Made by a program: the position numbers and the translations under genes
From: Candidatus Omnitrophota bacterium
GTDB lineage: Bacteria; Omnitrophota; Gorgyraeia; DTHP01
Length of the DNA: 64,000 nt
Assembly: GCA_023819145.1 (NCBI GenBank)
Contig: JAMWCW010000001.1
Coordinates: forward strand, 66,400 to 130,399
Reading direction: 5' to 3'
The notes under the pieces: model-generated
Told to the model about the DNA's origin: nothing
Database searches by the model: none
What the model saw: only the letters and a program-made list of their open reading frames with translations
Shown: positions 1-8,868 of the stretch, one piece after another
Position numbering within the stretch: the first letter of the stretch is position 1
Layout of the letters: every line of letters starts with the position of its first letter

Positions 1-145
1 ATTAAGAAACCCGATGAAGTCTGGGAGTATGTATTTAACTGGAGTAAAGCGCGGGGCAAAATAACCCTTCAAGATAACCTTACGATGGGTCTTCCTTAGC
101 AATTCTTTCTTGTGAATTTTCTGTTGTTCCAGCCAGCACACATCC

Positions 146-174
146 TTGACGATAGCCGATAATTGTGGTATCTT
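146..174 (+). promoter_or_regulatory. sigma70-type promoter ccTTGACG-N17-TATCTT upstream of the 287 gene
   Basis: TTGACG at 146-151, a 17-nt spacer ending in TGg, TATCTT at 169-174. Confidence 0.4.
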
Positions 175-286
175 TAAAGAGGAAGCAATTGCAAGAATAA
201 AAATCTTGAATTGTTTTGTAAAAGTATACCCTGTTTGGGCGATTTTAAGCCGGTTATAAAATCTTTTTCTTAAAAATGGCTTAGCG

Positions 287-1210
287 GTGATGAAATTTAG
301 AAGAATGAAAATGGGGCTTGTTTTATATTTTGCTGTGGTATGGTCTTTTCTATCCGGTAGCTATCTTATCTTACCTCAAAAGAGCCAAATTATCTACGAT
401 AGGCTAAGTGCACGTAGAGTAAAAAGTGACTCTCGTTCAGATTACAATCTTACTTATTGTGCTCCTCAGTATTTTATTGATGGGATTAAAGAATTTATCC
501 CACCCTCTTATTACCCTATTGCTTGGCGGTTATATGAACATTTACGAACAGGTTATAGGGGGGAGCTGCTTTCTTCCGATTTAAGAACTGCATTTATCCA
601 ACTATTTAAGTATCATGGTATTAGGTCAATATTAGATTTGGGTTGTGGGAGGGGTAATTTTTTGTTTATGCTTCAACCTCTCGCTAAGGAAGCGGGGATA
701 GAACTGGTTGGTGTAGATTTAGAATTATCTCAAGATGTTAAAGAGAAAATGAGCAGGCTTGGTATTGAATTTTACGAGGGCGATTCCGAGGATTTAAGCG
801 AATTGGTGGGCAGGAGAAAATTTGACATTATTGTTGCGGCAGGAGTATTGGGGCAAGCTCAAATTTCTCTTTCTAAAGAAAATCTATCGCAGGCCCAAAA
901 GCAAAGCACGCATATTGCTCTTGCGGCAGTAGATGCATTAAGTAGTAATCCTTACGCAGTGTTTATTACCGCTTCAATATTCTCTTTTTTGTTTTTAGAA
1001 CGCAGTAAATTGGAAGAGATGGGTATTAGAATCGTTTATTGGAATAATGAAGAGATGAGGGTGAGAGAAGAGACGAGCTGGGATTCCATAGATGACCGCA
1101 TACGTGTTTGGTATGGGGAGAGATATTACGGGGAAGATTGTCCAAGTATTGGATTCTACAACCTATGGAACCAAAGCGCCAATGTTGCGGTTATGCAAAA
1201 ACGAAGATAG
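287..1210 (+). CDS. class I SAM-dependent methyltransferase with the N-terminal hydrophobic leader and RR motif
   Basis: Motif I is ILDLGCGRGNF, followed by VGVDLE. The start is GTG 287 or ATG 290. The leader reads GLVLYFAVVWSFLSGSYLIL, then SARRVKS with RR at nt 413-418. Confidence 0.7.
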   Translation: MMKFRRMKMGLVLYFAVVWSFLSGSYLILPQKSQIIYDRLSARRVKSDSRSDYNLTYCAPQYFIDGIKEFIPPSYYPIAWRLYEHLRTGYRGELLSSDLRTAFIQLFKYHGIRSILDLGCGRGNFLFMLQPLAKEAGIELVGVDLELSQDVKEKMSRLGIEFYEGDSEDLSELVGRRKFDIIVAAGVLGQAQISLSKENLSQAQKQSTHIALAAVDALSSNPYAVFITASIFSFLFLERSKLEEMGIRIVYWNNEEMRVREETSWDSIDDRIRVWYGERYYGEDCPSIGFYNLWNQSANVAVMQKRR

Positions 1211-1361
1211 AATCTAAAGGGAATTATTCTCTAAAAAAACATCTTAAATAGATTATGGCGTAGTTGCAGGGTTTTACTTAAAAAAAGTCTTCCCGACTAA
1301 CTGAGTTGTTGATAGTTCGTCTTTCTTAATTTTTGTTAAGATTAGAGGGGGGATTCTAACT

Positions 1362-2210
1362 TTATTTTTTGCCACGCTCGGCAAGGATTTTATCCCAGAC
1401 CTCTCTTTGATATTGAGTGAAAAGTTCGTAAAGTCTTGACTCTAAAACTTTTCTTTCCCCTTCTTCGCTCCATAGTCTATAACTTTCCGAACAGAGCTTA
1501 AAAGCAATCATTAAAAGCTCATATTTATAACCTAATACTTCTCTTAAACGCTGCTCCTCTTTTTTTAGAGATTCTTCTAATTTTTCGTAGTCAATATTTA
1601 TCGCTTCATAATCAATTAAATAACCATCCTCGCCGGTTTTAGGATTATAATTTTCTCCTTCAATCCAGTGTTTACCTACGCGTCCATCATCTGCTTGTAC
1701 TGTATCCCGCGTATAGTCTATACCCCAGCTTTTGAGCTTAGGTAAAAACGGGGGGAGGGGCCTATATTTTTCTGCTTCTCCTGTCCAGGGATTCTGTACC
1801 CATCCGGAAGGAGGAGAGTCTTCCCTTCCTTCTGCATATTGATAGATATAGCAACCATCTTGGTAAAGGGTAAGAATATAAGGGACGTTTCTTGCTGGCA
1901 CTTCTCCCGTTAAGAACCAGTATTCATTCAAAAGAGCGCAAATAAGATGAATTTTATCTCCCCCTTTTGACTTGGCAATTAACAATAAAGGAGGACTAAA
2001 TTTTACTCCTTTAAGTTCTTCTATCTCAATAAAATCAACCTGCCCAACGCGCCAATTATTTGCTGCTTCGCGTATTTCTTCGGTGGTGATAAACGAGGGA
2101 TGAGTTTTTATTCTGCGTAGAGAAGAATAAGAGAGAGGTTCTATAAAGATAAAAAGAGCGTTAAATAATAGACTAAGCAAAGATAAGAGTAATAAAATTC
2201 TTGTTCTCAT
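1362..2210 (-). CDS. hypothetical protein with the leader and RR motif
   Basis: I chose ATG 2210 because the track start at 2276 lies inside the divergent promoter. The N-terminus is MRTRILLLLSLLSLLFNALFIFIEPLSYSSLRRIKTHP, with RR at nt 2112-2117. I recognise no domain. Confidence 0.6.
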   Translation of the reverse strand: MRTRILLLLSLLSLLFNALFIFIEPLSYSSLRRIKTHPSFITTEEIREAANNWRVGQVDFIEIEELKGVKFSPPLLLIAKSKGGDKIHLICALLNEYWFLTGEVPARNVPYILTLYQDGCYIYQYAEGREDSPPSGWVQNPWTGEAEKYRPLPPFLPKLKSWGIDYTRDTVQADDGRVGKHWIEGENYNPKTGEDGYLIDYEAINIDYEKLEESLKKEEQRLREVLGYKYELLMIAFKLCSESYRLWSEEGERKVLESRLYELFTQYQREVWDKILAERGKK

Positions 2211-2226
2211 TTTTCTTCCCTGAGAA

Positions 2227-2255
2227 AATATAACACCTAATTTACCTAGCGTCAA
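2227..2255 (-). promoter_or_regulatory. minus-strand promoter cccTTGACG-N17-TATATT for the 1362-2210 gene
   Basis: The reverse complement of 2227-2258 reads cccTTGACGctaggtaaattaggtgtTATATT. The -35 is the complement of 2250-2255 and the -10 is the complement of 2227-2232. Confidence 0.5.
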
Positions 2256-2262
2256 GGGACAC

Positions 2263-2291
2263 TTGACGATTTGCAAAAAGCGTGTTATATT
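2263..2291 (+). promoter_or_regulatory. promoter TTGACG-N17-TATATT for the PGK gene (copy A of a duplicated cassette)
   Basis: TTGACG at 2263-2268 and TATATT at 2286-2291. The 29 nt at 2262-2290 are identical to 3915-3943. Confidence 0.6.
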
Positions 2292-2399
2292 TTAAACGAA
2301 ACTAAAATTCCTTTATCTAAGGATGCGGTAACTAATCTTTCCTTTAAGCTTAAATTTAGAACCCCTATAATTAAATACATAAAGAAGGTGTTTATACAA

Positions 2400-3785
2400 A
2401 TGTTATTGGTGAGGTTATTTTTGCTATTTGTTTTTGGTTTAGATGTATTATTTAATTTTTCTTCTTATTTATCTTGCCATAATTTTCTCTACGCATTACG
2501 CAGAAGTAAGCAAAGTAATATTTTTAGCTTAGGAATTGGTTCAAAGAAGACTATCGATGATTTGGGAGATATTTATGGCAAGGTTGTTTTAGTGAGGGTA
2601 GATTTTAATGTGCCTATTAAAGATGGACTTGTTTTAGACACCTATCGCTTAGAAAGAGCAAAAGAGACAATAGAAAATTTAACTAAGCGTGGTGCGAAGG
2701 TAGTTTTGATGTTTCATTTAGGCCGACCCAAAGGAAAGATTGTTCAAGAATATAGGATAGAACCGGTAATTGCTAAGTTTAGTGAAATGTTAGGCAAAGA
2801 GATTAAAATAGGTCCAGATGCCGTAGTAGGTGATGAATTAAGGGAGTTGGTTAGCAAGATGAATCCGGGGGAGGTAATTTCTTTACAGAATTTGCGTTTT
2901 CATTCCGGAGAAGAAAAACAAGATGAAGCCTTTGCGGAGGCAATTCTTAATTACACGAGGGCAGAGATTTACGTAAATGATGGGTCTGCCAATATGCACG
3001 GTAGCGACCAAGTGTCTGAAACTATCTTACCTCTCTTAATGCAGAGAAGAGGGCTTCCGACGGTTTTAGGAAAATTGGTGGTAGAAGAGTTTGGAATTCT
3101 GGAAAATTTTGTTAAGGGTGGTATAGATTTAGCCTTGTTTGGCGGTTCAAAATTTGAAAAGATTGAATCTATAAAGAATTTAGTGTCTAGTGGAAGAGTA
3201 AAAACTGTTTTTCTCTCGGGAGCAATGGCACACTTGTTCCTTAAAGCCAAAGGATTTGAATTAGGAAAGTCTAAAATTGACACAGAACTCGTGAGTGAAG
3301 CAGAAGAGATACTTGCTTTAGCCGAAAAGCGTGGCGTACGCATTGTGCTTCCTGTGGATGTGCGTTTAGATGATGGAAGTTTATTAGTTATTGCTGATAA
3401 AAAAGGAAATAAAATTGCTGATATACCGCCAGAAAGAGCCATTTGGGATATTGGAATTATTACTTTAAAAATGCTCAAAGACATGATGGAGATGATTCCT
3501 TCTTCAGGAAGAATAATTAGTAACGGCACCGCAGGATGGTTAGAAAAAGGTTTTCCTTTTGACTGGGGAACAAATGATATAAATAGAATGTTGATAAATC
3601 ATCCTGCAGAAAAATTAATTTTAGGAGGAGAAGGAGCTTTTGCTGCTTTGAATATGTTGGCTGAATATCAGGGAACACCTGAGCAGTTTAATATGACCAT
3701 TCTTACTGCAGGAGGAGCAGCACTTGCTTATCTAGCAGAAAGAGCGGATGAGCTTACGCCTTTTAATTATATTGATACGAAGTGA
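2400..3785 (+). CDS. pgk: phosphoglycerate kinase homologue with the leader and RR motif
   Basis: PGK motifs are VLVRVDFNVP and FHLGRPKG. The C-terminal motifs are divergent (LGGEGAFAA, LTAGGAALAYL). I chose ATG 2400, preceded by gaaggtg, because the track TTG 2271 lies inside the promoter. The leader is MLLVRLFLLFVFGLDVLFNF...YALRRSKQ. Confidence 0.8.
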   Translation: MLLVRLFLLFVFGLDVLFNFSSYLSCHNFLYALRRSKQSNIFSLGIGSKKTIDDLGDIYGKVVLVRVDFNVPIKDGLVLDTYRLERAKETIENLTKRGAKVVLMFHLGRPKGKIVQEYRIEPVIAKFSEMLGKEIKIGPDAVVGDELRELVSKMNPGEVISLQNLRFHSGEEKQDEAFAEAILNYTRAEIYVNDGSANMHGSDQVSETILPLLMQRRGLPTVLGKLVVEEFGILENFVKGGIDLALFGGSKFEKIESIKNLVSSGRVKTVFLSGAMAHLFLKAKGFELGKSKIDTELVSEAEEILALAEKRGVRIVLPVDVRLDDGSLLVIADKKGNKIADIPPERAIWDIGIITLKMLKDMMEMIPSSGRIISNGTAGWLEKGFPFDWGTNDINRMLINHPAEKLILGGEGAFAALNMLAEYQGTPEQFNMTILTAGGAALAYLAERADELTPFNYIDTK

Positions 3786-3793
3786 TAATGAGT

Positions 3794-3895
3794 CGTAATC
3801 CGTAAACCGTAATCGGTAATTTGTAATAAAAAATAACGAACTCAACGAAATAACCAACTAAACGAAAATAACGAAATTAACGAACACAACGAACA
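3794..3895. repeat. intergenic stuttered word array: 5 copies of NGTAAT, then about 7 copies of AACGAA
   Basis: The sequence reads cgtaat ccgtaa accgtaat cggtaat ttgtaat, then ataacgaac tcaacgaaa taaacgaaa ataacgaaa ttaacgaac acaacgaac. Confidence 0.6.
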
Positions 3896-3915
3896 AAATA
3901 TCATCAACGCAGCCC

Positions 3916-3944
3916 TTGACGATTTGCAAAAAGCGTGTTATATC
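3916..3944 (+). promoter_or_regulatory. promoter cccTTGACG-N17-TATATC (copy B), probable promoter of the 4188-18471 operon
   Basis: TTGACG at 3916-3921 and TATATC at 3939-3944. It is identical to copy A over 29 nt. Confidence 0.6.
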
Positions 3945-4187
3945 TTAATGTAGAAGAGAGGTACTTTATAAAACTTAAATTTCAATATCATAAATTAACT
4001 TTCTAGAATAAAAAGATGAGAGATTTTAATTATTTCTTTCTATTGGAAAGTGAAAAAATAGTTTCTCATTCTAAAGGGTATCAAGCCCTGATTAAAGCAT
4101 TGGAGCATGGTTTTGAAGGATTAGACAAGGAAATAGCCAAGAGGTTAATAAATTCCTATTTATATTTAAATGAAAGGAGGGAATGTA

Positions 4188-6611
4188 ATGAAAGGTTCTA
4201 AAATAAAATTTTTCTTAGTTTCTTTTTTGGTGCTTTCTTTTAGTTTTGGTTTTTCTTTTTCCGGTGATTCTTCTTTTTTATTGAGAAGACTCAGAAGTGT
4301 TCCTGTAGGTTATTTACCATCTTCAGGGATAGAAGTGGTAGATGCATTAGATGGTATGGTGAAGGTAGAGATGATTTTGCCTCAAACTTTTGAAGAGAAT
4401 CCGGCGTTAGTTCCGACATTATCGGCTTTTTTTCGTGCTTTAAGCTATAACCGCGATATAGAAATCTCAGCGATTGTATCTCCTGTTTCTGCGGAAGAGT
4501 TGGCTAGAGCCATTCAGTCAAATTATGCGTTAGGTCCGTGGAGAGGGGTTAATGTAAGTGCTGAAGGAAACACCTTAATTATAAGAGGAATGGATACAGA
4601 GGTAAGAATACCTGTTTCTACAAGTTCTACAAGATCCACCGGCGGAGCCGATGTTTCTATCTGTCTAGGAGATGTCTCCCGTGCTCCTTCGATTCTTTCC
4701 GGGAAAAGAGCGCTTTATTTTCCTGTAGGAAGCATAACAACGCAAGAAGGAATAACTGCTTTACCTGGTTCTATTGGAGAATGGGATAGTGCGGTGGTTA
4801 ATGTTTCGGAACTTACAGGTTTAGCAATAGCTTTACAAGCTCTGAGAGAAGAATTAGGAGGTTTTGGGATGGTGGGTAGAATAGATGTATTTTGTCCGGA
4901 AGGGGATATGACTATTGTGCCTTCGGCAAAAGAAGCCGATGTTTCTGATTACCTTTCTTCTTTAGGGATAACCTCCCCGGGAATGAGAGTAACTCTTCAT
5001 ACCACAAAAATATCCGGAGATATCAAAGGAGCAAGACTGGTAGGAATAGTAATTACTTTTCCCAGTAAAGTTACCAAAGAAGATTTAATAAAAATATTTG
5101 AAGCGCATCCTTTATTAGGAGTTGCTCCTGAAAAAGATTCTACTTCGGCAATGTTTACCAACCCCTATGAGACAAAACTTTTTTATCTCAATACCGGTAA
5201 GACTGTGGTAGACGAGCTAAAAGATGGTTCTACCATGATAACTCTGCGTGGTTGGGTAGGGGATTATTCTTACGCAGGAATGATGATTTCTGCCATCACT
5301 GAGGTGGGACAGCGTTTGTCGGAGTTAGGTATTCTTTCTACCCAGAAGGCAAGTGTAATCTATCCGGCAGTAGAGCATCCTAAAGTTCAAGTTCTTGCTC
5401 AACCGAAGAGAGTTATGGTCAATGGGGGAGGAGGGAGAATTGGAGTAAATATTTTGAGAAGTCTTATCGGAGATCCTAATTTTGATGTGGTGGCGGTTAA
5501 CGGAGTGCGTAGTGCCGAAGCCTTGCGTCAGGGATTACTTTATGACGAAATACTAGGTCCTACGCGGGCGGTAATAGAAACCGGCAAGCAGAAGTTATTG
5601 GACGGGAGAGAGATAGAGTTTGTGACTATAAATGGCCATAAAATATATGTGTTTAATGCCCGTGAAGATGAAGAAGTGCGTCAACTTCCGTTAGGTGATT
5701 TGGGGATTGAGTATGTTTTAGAAGCAAGTGGCAATTATACTCAAACAAAGGATTTTGAACCTTTCTTTCAAGCAGGAGCTAAATATGGCTTTATCAGCGC
5801 TCCCGCAAAAGATAAAACTACTCCAGAGATTGTTCCCGGTGTAAATCCTGAAACTTTTGTAGCGATGGCAAGAGAAGGACTATCTCAAGTGGTTTCTTTT
5901 GGTTCATGTACTACAAATAATGCTGCTCCTGCCATAAGAGCAGTGCTTGATCTTTTAGAAGCAAGAGGATTGCAAGTAGAAGAGCAATTAGAAAAAGTCA
6001 CTTTAGAGACAGTTCATGCAGTAACCCAGACCCAAGCACATCTTTTACCAATTCAAATCAGAGACCCAAATAAAGAGCCTGAGAGAGCAAGAGCAGGAGC
6101 ACTTAATATTGTAGTTTCTAGTACTGGTGCAGCTAAAGTTATTCCTAAAATCATTGAAGAAATTGACAAAATGGAGGGAATAGCTTTGCGCGTGGGCAAT
6201 CCTAATGGTTCGGAATCGCAGATTTCTTTCTATTTAGATGGTAAATCGCCCGTGACCAAGGAAGAAATAGTTGCTTATTTACAAGAAAGAGCGAGAACTG
6301 ACCTCTTTAATATTTTAAGAGTAAATACTGGAGAAAAATTAGATTCCCTAGCGATAAACGGTTCAGATATTACTTCCATTGTGGAAGCTTCAACGGTGAA
6401 AGTTACTCCTCGTTATAATGATAAAGGAGAATATGTTGGCGATATGATCGTGCTTAATACTTGGTATGATAACGAATGGAGTTATACTCAACAGTACTTA
6501 AGGGGAATTATTATGTTTACCCTATTACTGGAGAACCCTGGTTTAACCCCCGAAGAACTCTTGGTGCGTAGTGACAGATTGGGTGTACATGCCTATGCTC
6601 CTATCCCATAG
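4188..6611 (+). CDS. gap: GAPDH-like protein: leader with RR motif, an N-terminal module of about 400 aa (possibly a degenerate GAPDH catalytic-domain copy), then an intact GAPDH
   Basis: The RBS aggaggg precedes ATG 4188. The C-terminal half has NGGGGRIGVNILR (Rossmann), SCTTNNAAPA (catalytic Cys) and WYDNEWSYTQ. The leader is FFLVSFLVLSFSFGFSFSGDSSFLLRRLRS. Confidence 0.8.
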   Translation: MKGSKIKFFLVSFLVLSFSFGFSFSGDSSFLLRRLRSVPVGYLPSSGIEVVDALDGMVKVEMILPQTFEENPALVPTLSAFFRALSYNRDIEISAIVSPVSAEELARAIQSNYALGPWRGVNVSAEGNTLIIRGMDTEVRIPVSTSSTRSTGGADVSICLGDVSRAPSILSGKRALYFPVGSITTQEGITALPGSIGEWDSAVVNVSELTGLAIALQALREELGGFGMVGRIDVFCPEGDMTIVPSAKEADVSDYLSSLGITSPGMRVTLHTTKISGDIKGARLVGIVITFPSKVTKEDLIKIFEAHPLLGVAPEKDSTSAMFTNPYETKLFYLNTGKTVVDELKDGSTMITLRGWVGDYSYAGMMISAITEVGQRLSELGILSTQKASVIYPAVEHPKVQVLAQPKRVMVNGGGGRIGVNILRSLIGDPNFDVVAVNGVRSAEALRQGLLYDEILGPTRAVIETGKQKLLDGREIEFVTINGHKIYVFNAREDEEVRQLPLGDLGIEYVLEASGNYTQTKDFEPFFQAGAKYGFISAPAKDKTTPEIVPGVNPETFVAMAREGLSQVVSFGSCTTNNAAPAIRAVLDLLEARGLQVEEQLEKVTLETVHAVTQTQAHLLPIQIRDPNKEPERARAGALNIVVSSTGAAKVIPKIIEEIDKMEGIALRVGNPNGSESQISFYLDGKSPVTKEEIVAYLQERARTDLFNILRVNTGEKLDSLAINGSDITSIVEASTVKVTPRYNDKGEYVGDMIVLNTWYDNEWSYTQQYLRGIIMFTLLLENPGLTPEELLVRSDRLGVHAYAPIP

Positions 6612-6644
6612 AAAATAAGATTTATTCTCGCAAAAGGAGGAATT

Positions 6645-8798
6645 ATGCGGATAAGCAATTTAGTAAGAGTTATTTTTATTTTCTTTTCTGTTCAATTTTC
6701 TCTCTTTTCTGGTGAACTCCGGAATGGAGTAATCTTAATTTCTCGTCGGGCTAAGAATCAAGAATTTTTAATAGTGTCTCCCTTTCAAAAATTACTCTCT
6801 CTTTTAGGAAACGGATTACAAACTGGTCTTAACTTTGATGAAGGGATAGAACTTTTTCGCCAGATAGAGAGATTGCGCTTGTCTGTGGAGGAAACAGAAG
6901 ATTTTTATTCTTTTATAGCGAATAATCTTGTTGATTTTTTGGTAGTTTCAGAAAGGTCAGGAATTAGAATTGACCTTCTTGATATTCGCGACCTTTTCTC
7001 GGCAGCACAGAACTATGCTTTGGGGATAAGAAGAGATGAGTTGGGATTAAATAGGGGAGGAAGGGCTCTTTTAAATAAGATGTTAAGTGTTAAAGATATA
7101 AAAATCATTGGTGAACAGCTTTTAGAAGCACTTGACTCCTCTTTTAACAATGGCAGGATTGATAAAGCTAATTACCTGAAATATAGAGAGCGTCTTGAAA
7201 TTATTACTCTGATGGCTGGACTCTGGGCAACTTCACCAGTGAGTTCTAAGAGTATGCTTAGAGCTTTAGAAGGAGGAAATACCGCCATTATGGCCGCAAA
7301 TACCCAGATGTCGGTAAGTATTCCCGGACTTATGCTTGCTTCTTTAGAATTTGGAGCTCCCCTTATGTTTGAATCGGCAATGAGTGAAGTCAACCTGCAA
7401 GACCCAAATGACCCTGCGAAAATAGCTATTGGTTATATCGGTAGAAATCCCCAGGAATTTGCGGAAGTAGTAAGATACTATGCCTTTCTTTTAGGTTACG
7501 ACCTGCCTTATGCCATTCATGCTGACCACACCACAGTAAGTAAAGATACAGCGGAGGCAATTGACTATGCTAAAAGACTTAATCAAGCACAATTATCTGC
7601 AGGATATACCTCTTTTGCTATTGATCCTTCATCTCTTCCCGCAGTGAGAGAAGATACCCAGTTAAAAACGCTCAATGCCATGGAGGTGGAAGAGTTCTTG
7701 AGGCTTGGTTTTGATGAAAGTTTAGCAAAAACTTTAGCCGCGCGAGAATTTAAAAAATTAAAAGAACTCTCTTCTATTGAAGGAATAGACGAGAGAAAGA
7801 TCAATATTCTGATGGACTATATTGAGTCACAGATTCTAGTTGCAGTTTTGAATAAAATGGGGTATGAAGATTTGATGAGCATTCCACGTATGCCTGGAAC
7901 TATTGCCCGTGCCATTGTAGAGAACGGTCCGTTTACTTCCTTGGAAGAGCTAAAAGAAATTGATGGGCTGGGTGATGATGATATTTTCTATATTGAGGGA
8001 ATAGACAATGCGGTTCTTTTGTTTGATTATTTAAAGGCTTACTTAGATTTAAAGCGGATTATTGAGATAAATATAGAATTAGCAAAATTTATTCCTGAAG
8101 AGTTTGGTTTAGAGGTGGAAGTTGGTCATATTGGAAGAGTTGATCCACTGACGGGAGAGGCGGTGATGACTACTCCTTTAGAAGCGGTAGTTTTGATTGA
8201 AGCATTACAAAGATTTGGGATAAAACCACAGCTTTTGGCGGTAAATAATGGAACAAAACACGGAATTGTCTTCATTGGGGGTAAAGAGGTTCCTACGACT
8301 GTAGATGTAAAAAGAACCGATGAAATAGCGAGCGCTATAAGACCTTTAGGAGTTTCCCTTGCTCAGCACGGAACTACTGGTACGCCTTTTGAGGTTATAA
8401 AAGATCAACTTGCGGGAAATATCCTTAAAGCCAATGTAGGAACCGAGTGGCGGAGAACTGTTTTAAGAAGCATGCCTTTGGATTTATTCTATAGAATGGT
8501 AGAGTGGACAGTGGAAGAAGAAAAAAGGAAAGCTCCAGAGAAATTTTCTGGACTTCTTCCGGTAAGAAGTTATACACGTGAACAACTGCTAAGTTCAGAG
8601 TGTCCTTACTATGCTTTAATTATTGATCCTATAAAACGGGCAATAGGAGTTTTTAGAGCTGAAATTGATAATATTTCTGGTGAGGATTTGGATTTAATTG
8701 TAGAAACAACCCGCGAAGTAGCAAGAGAGTATTTTACTGCTTTTAATGCTCTAGAGAAAGTTTGGAAGATTGTAAAGTATTTGGGTTGGGGATGGTGA
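6645..8798 (+). CDS. fba: class II fructose/ketose-bisphosphate aldolase-like protein with the leader, the RR motif and an inserted helix-hairpin-helix module
   Basis: The RBS is aggagg. Aldolase motifs are IHADHTT, GYTSFAIDPSSLP, VEVGHIG, NNGTKHG and QHGTTGTP. The insert near aa 345-455 has LKELSSIEGIDERK and LEELKEIDGLGDDD. The leader ends ILISRRAKN. Confidence 0.7.
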   Translation: MRISNLVRVIFIFFSVQFSLFSGELRNGVILISRRAKNQEFLIVSPFQKLLSLLGNGLQTGLNFDEGIELFRQIERLRLSVEETEDFYSFIANNLVDFLVVSERSGIRIDLLDIRDLFSAAQNYALGIRRDELGLNRGGRALLNKMLSVKDIKIIGEQLLEALDSSFNNGRIDKANYLKYRERLEIITLMAGLWATSPVSSKSMLRALEGGNTAIMAANTQMSVSIPGLMLASLEFGAPLMFESAMSEVNLQDPNDPAKIAIGYIGRNPQEFAEVVRYYAFLLGYDLPYAIHADHTTVSKDTAEAIDYAKRLNQAQLSAGYTSFAIDPSSLPAVREDTQLKTLNAMEVEEFLRLGFDESLAKTLAAREFKKLKELSSIEGIDERKINILMDYIESQILVAVLNKMGYEDLMSIPRMPGTIARAIVENGPFTSLEELKEIDGLGDDDIFYIEGIDNAVLLFDYLKAYLDLKRIIEINIELAKFIPEEFGLEVEVGHIGRVDPLTGEAVMTTPLEAVVLIEALQRFGIKPQLLAVNNGTKHGIVFIGGKEVPTTVDVKRTDEIASAIRPLGVSLAQHGTTGTPFEVIKDQLAGNILKANVGTEWRRTVLRSMPLDLFYRMVEWTVEEEKRKAPEKFSGLLPVRSYTREQLLSSECPYYALIIDPIKRAIGVFRAEIDNISGEDLDLIVETTREVAREYFTAFNALEKVWKIVKYLGWGW

Positions 8799-8868
8799 GA
8801 TCTTATAATTCTTCTTAGTAATTGAAGTTGTCTAAAAATTATTTGCTACTAAAGGAGGGATTGTAGAG

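Noticed and set aside
2271-2399. The track's upstream starts for PGK (TTG 2271) and for the minus-strand gene (2276).
   Set aside because: Both extensions run through the divergent promoter core (2227-2291). Internal ATGs at 2400 and 2210 immediately precede the hydrophobic leaders.
2969-3529. Long antisense ORFs in the track that lie opposite well-supported genes. Examples are 2969-3529(-), 9204-9626(-), 13974-14342(-), 25816-26238(-), 35645-36244(-), 40165-40524(-), 41803-42219(-), 53762-54193(-) and 60467-60850(-).
   Set aside because: They are shadow ORFs. Each lies entirely inside a gene with clear family motifs on the other strand. They have low-complexity Ser/Pro/Ile-rich translations, no RBS and no recognisable motifs.
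4016-4201. A 61-aa ORF in the 5' leader of the gap operon that overlaps the GAPDH start by 14 nt.
   Set aside because: It has no convincing RBS and no recognisable motif. It may be a real small protein or uORF, since it lies downstream of the 3916 promoter. The evidence is too thin to call.
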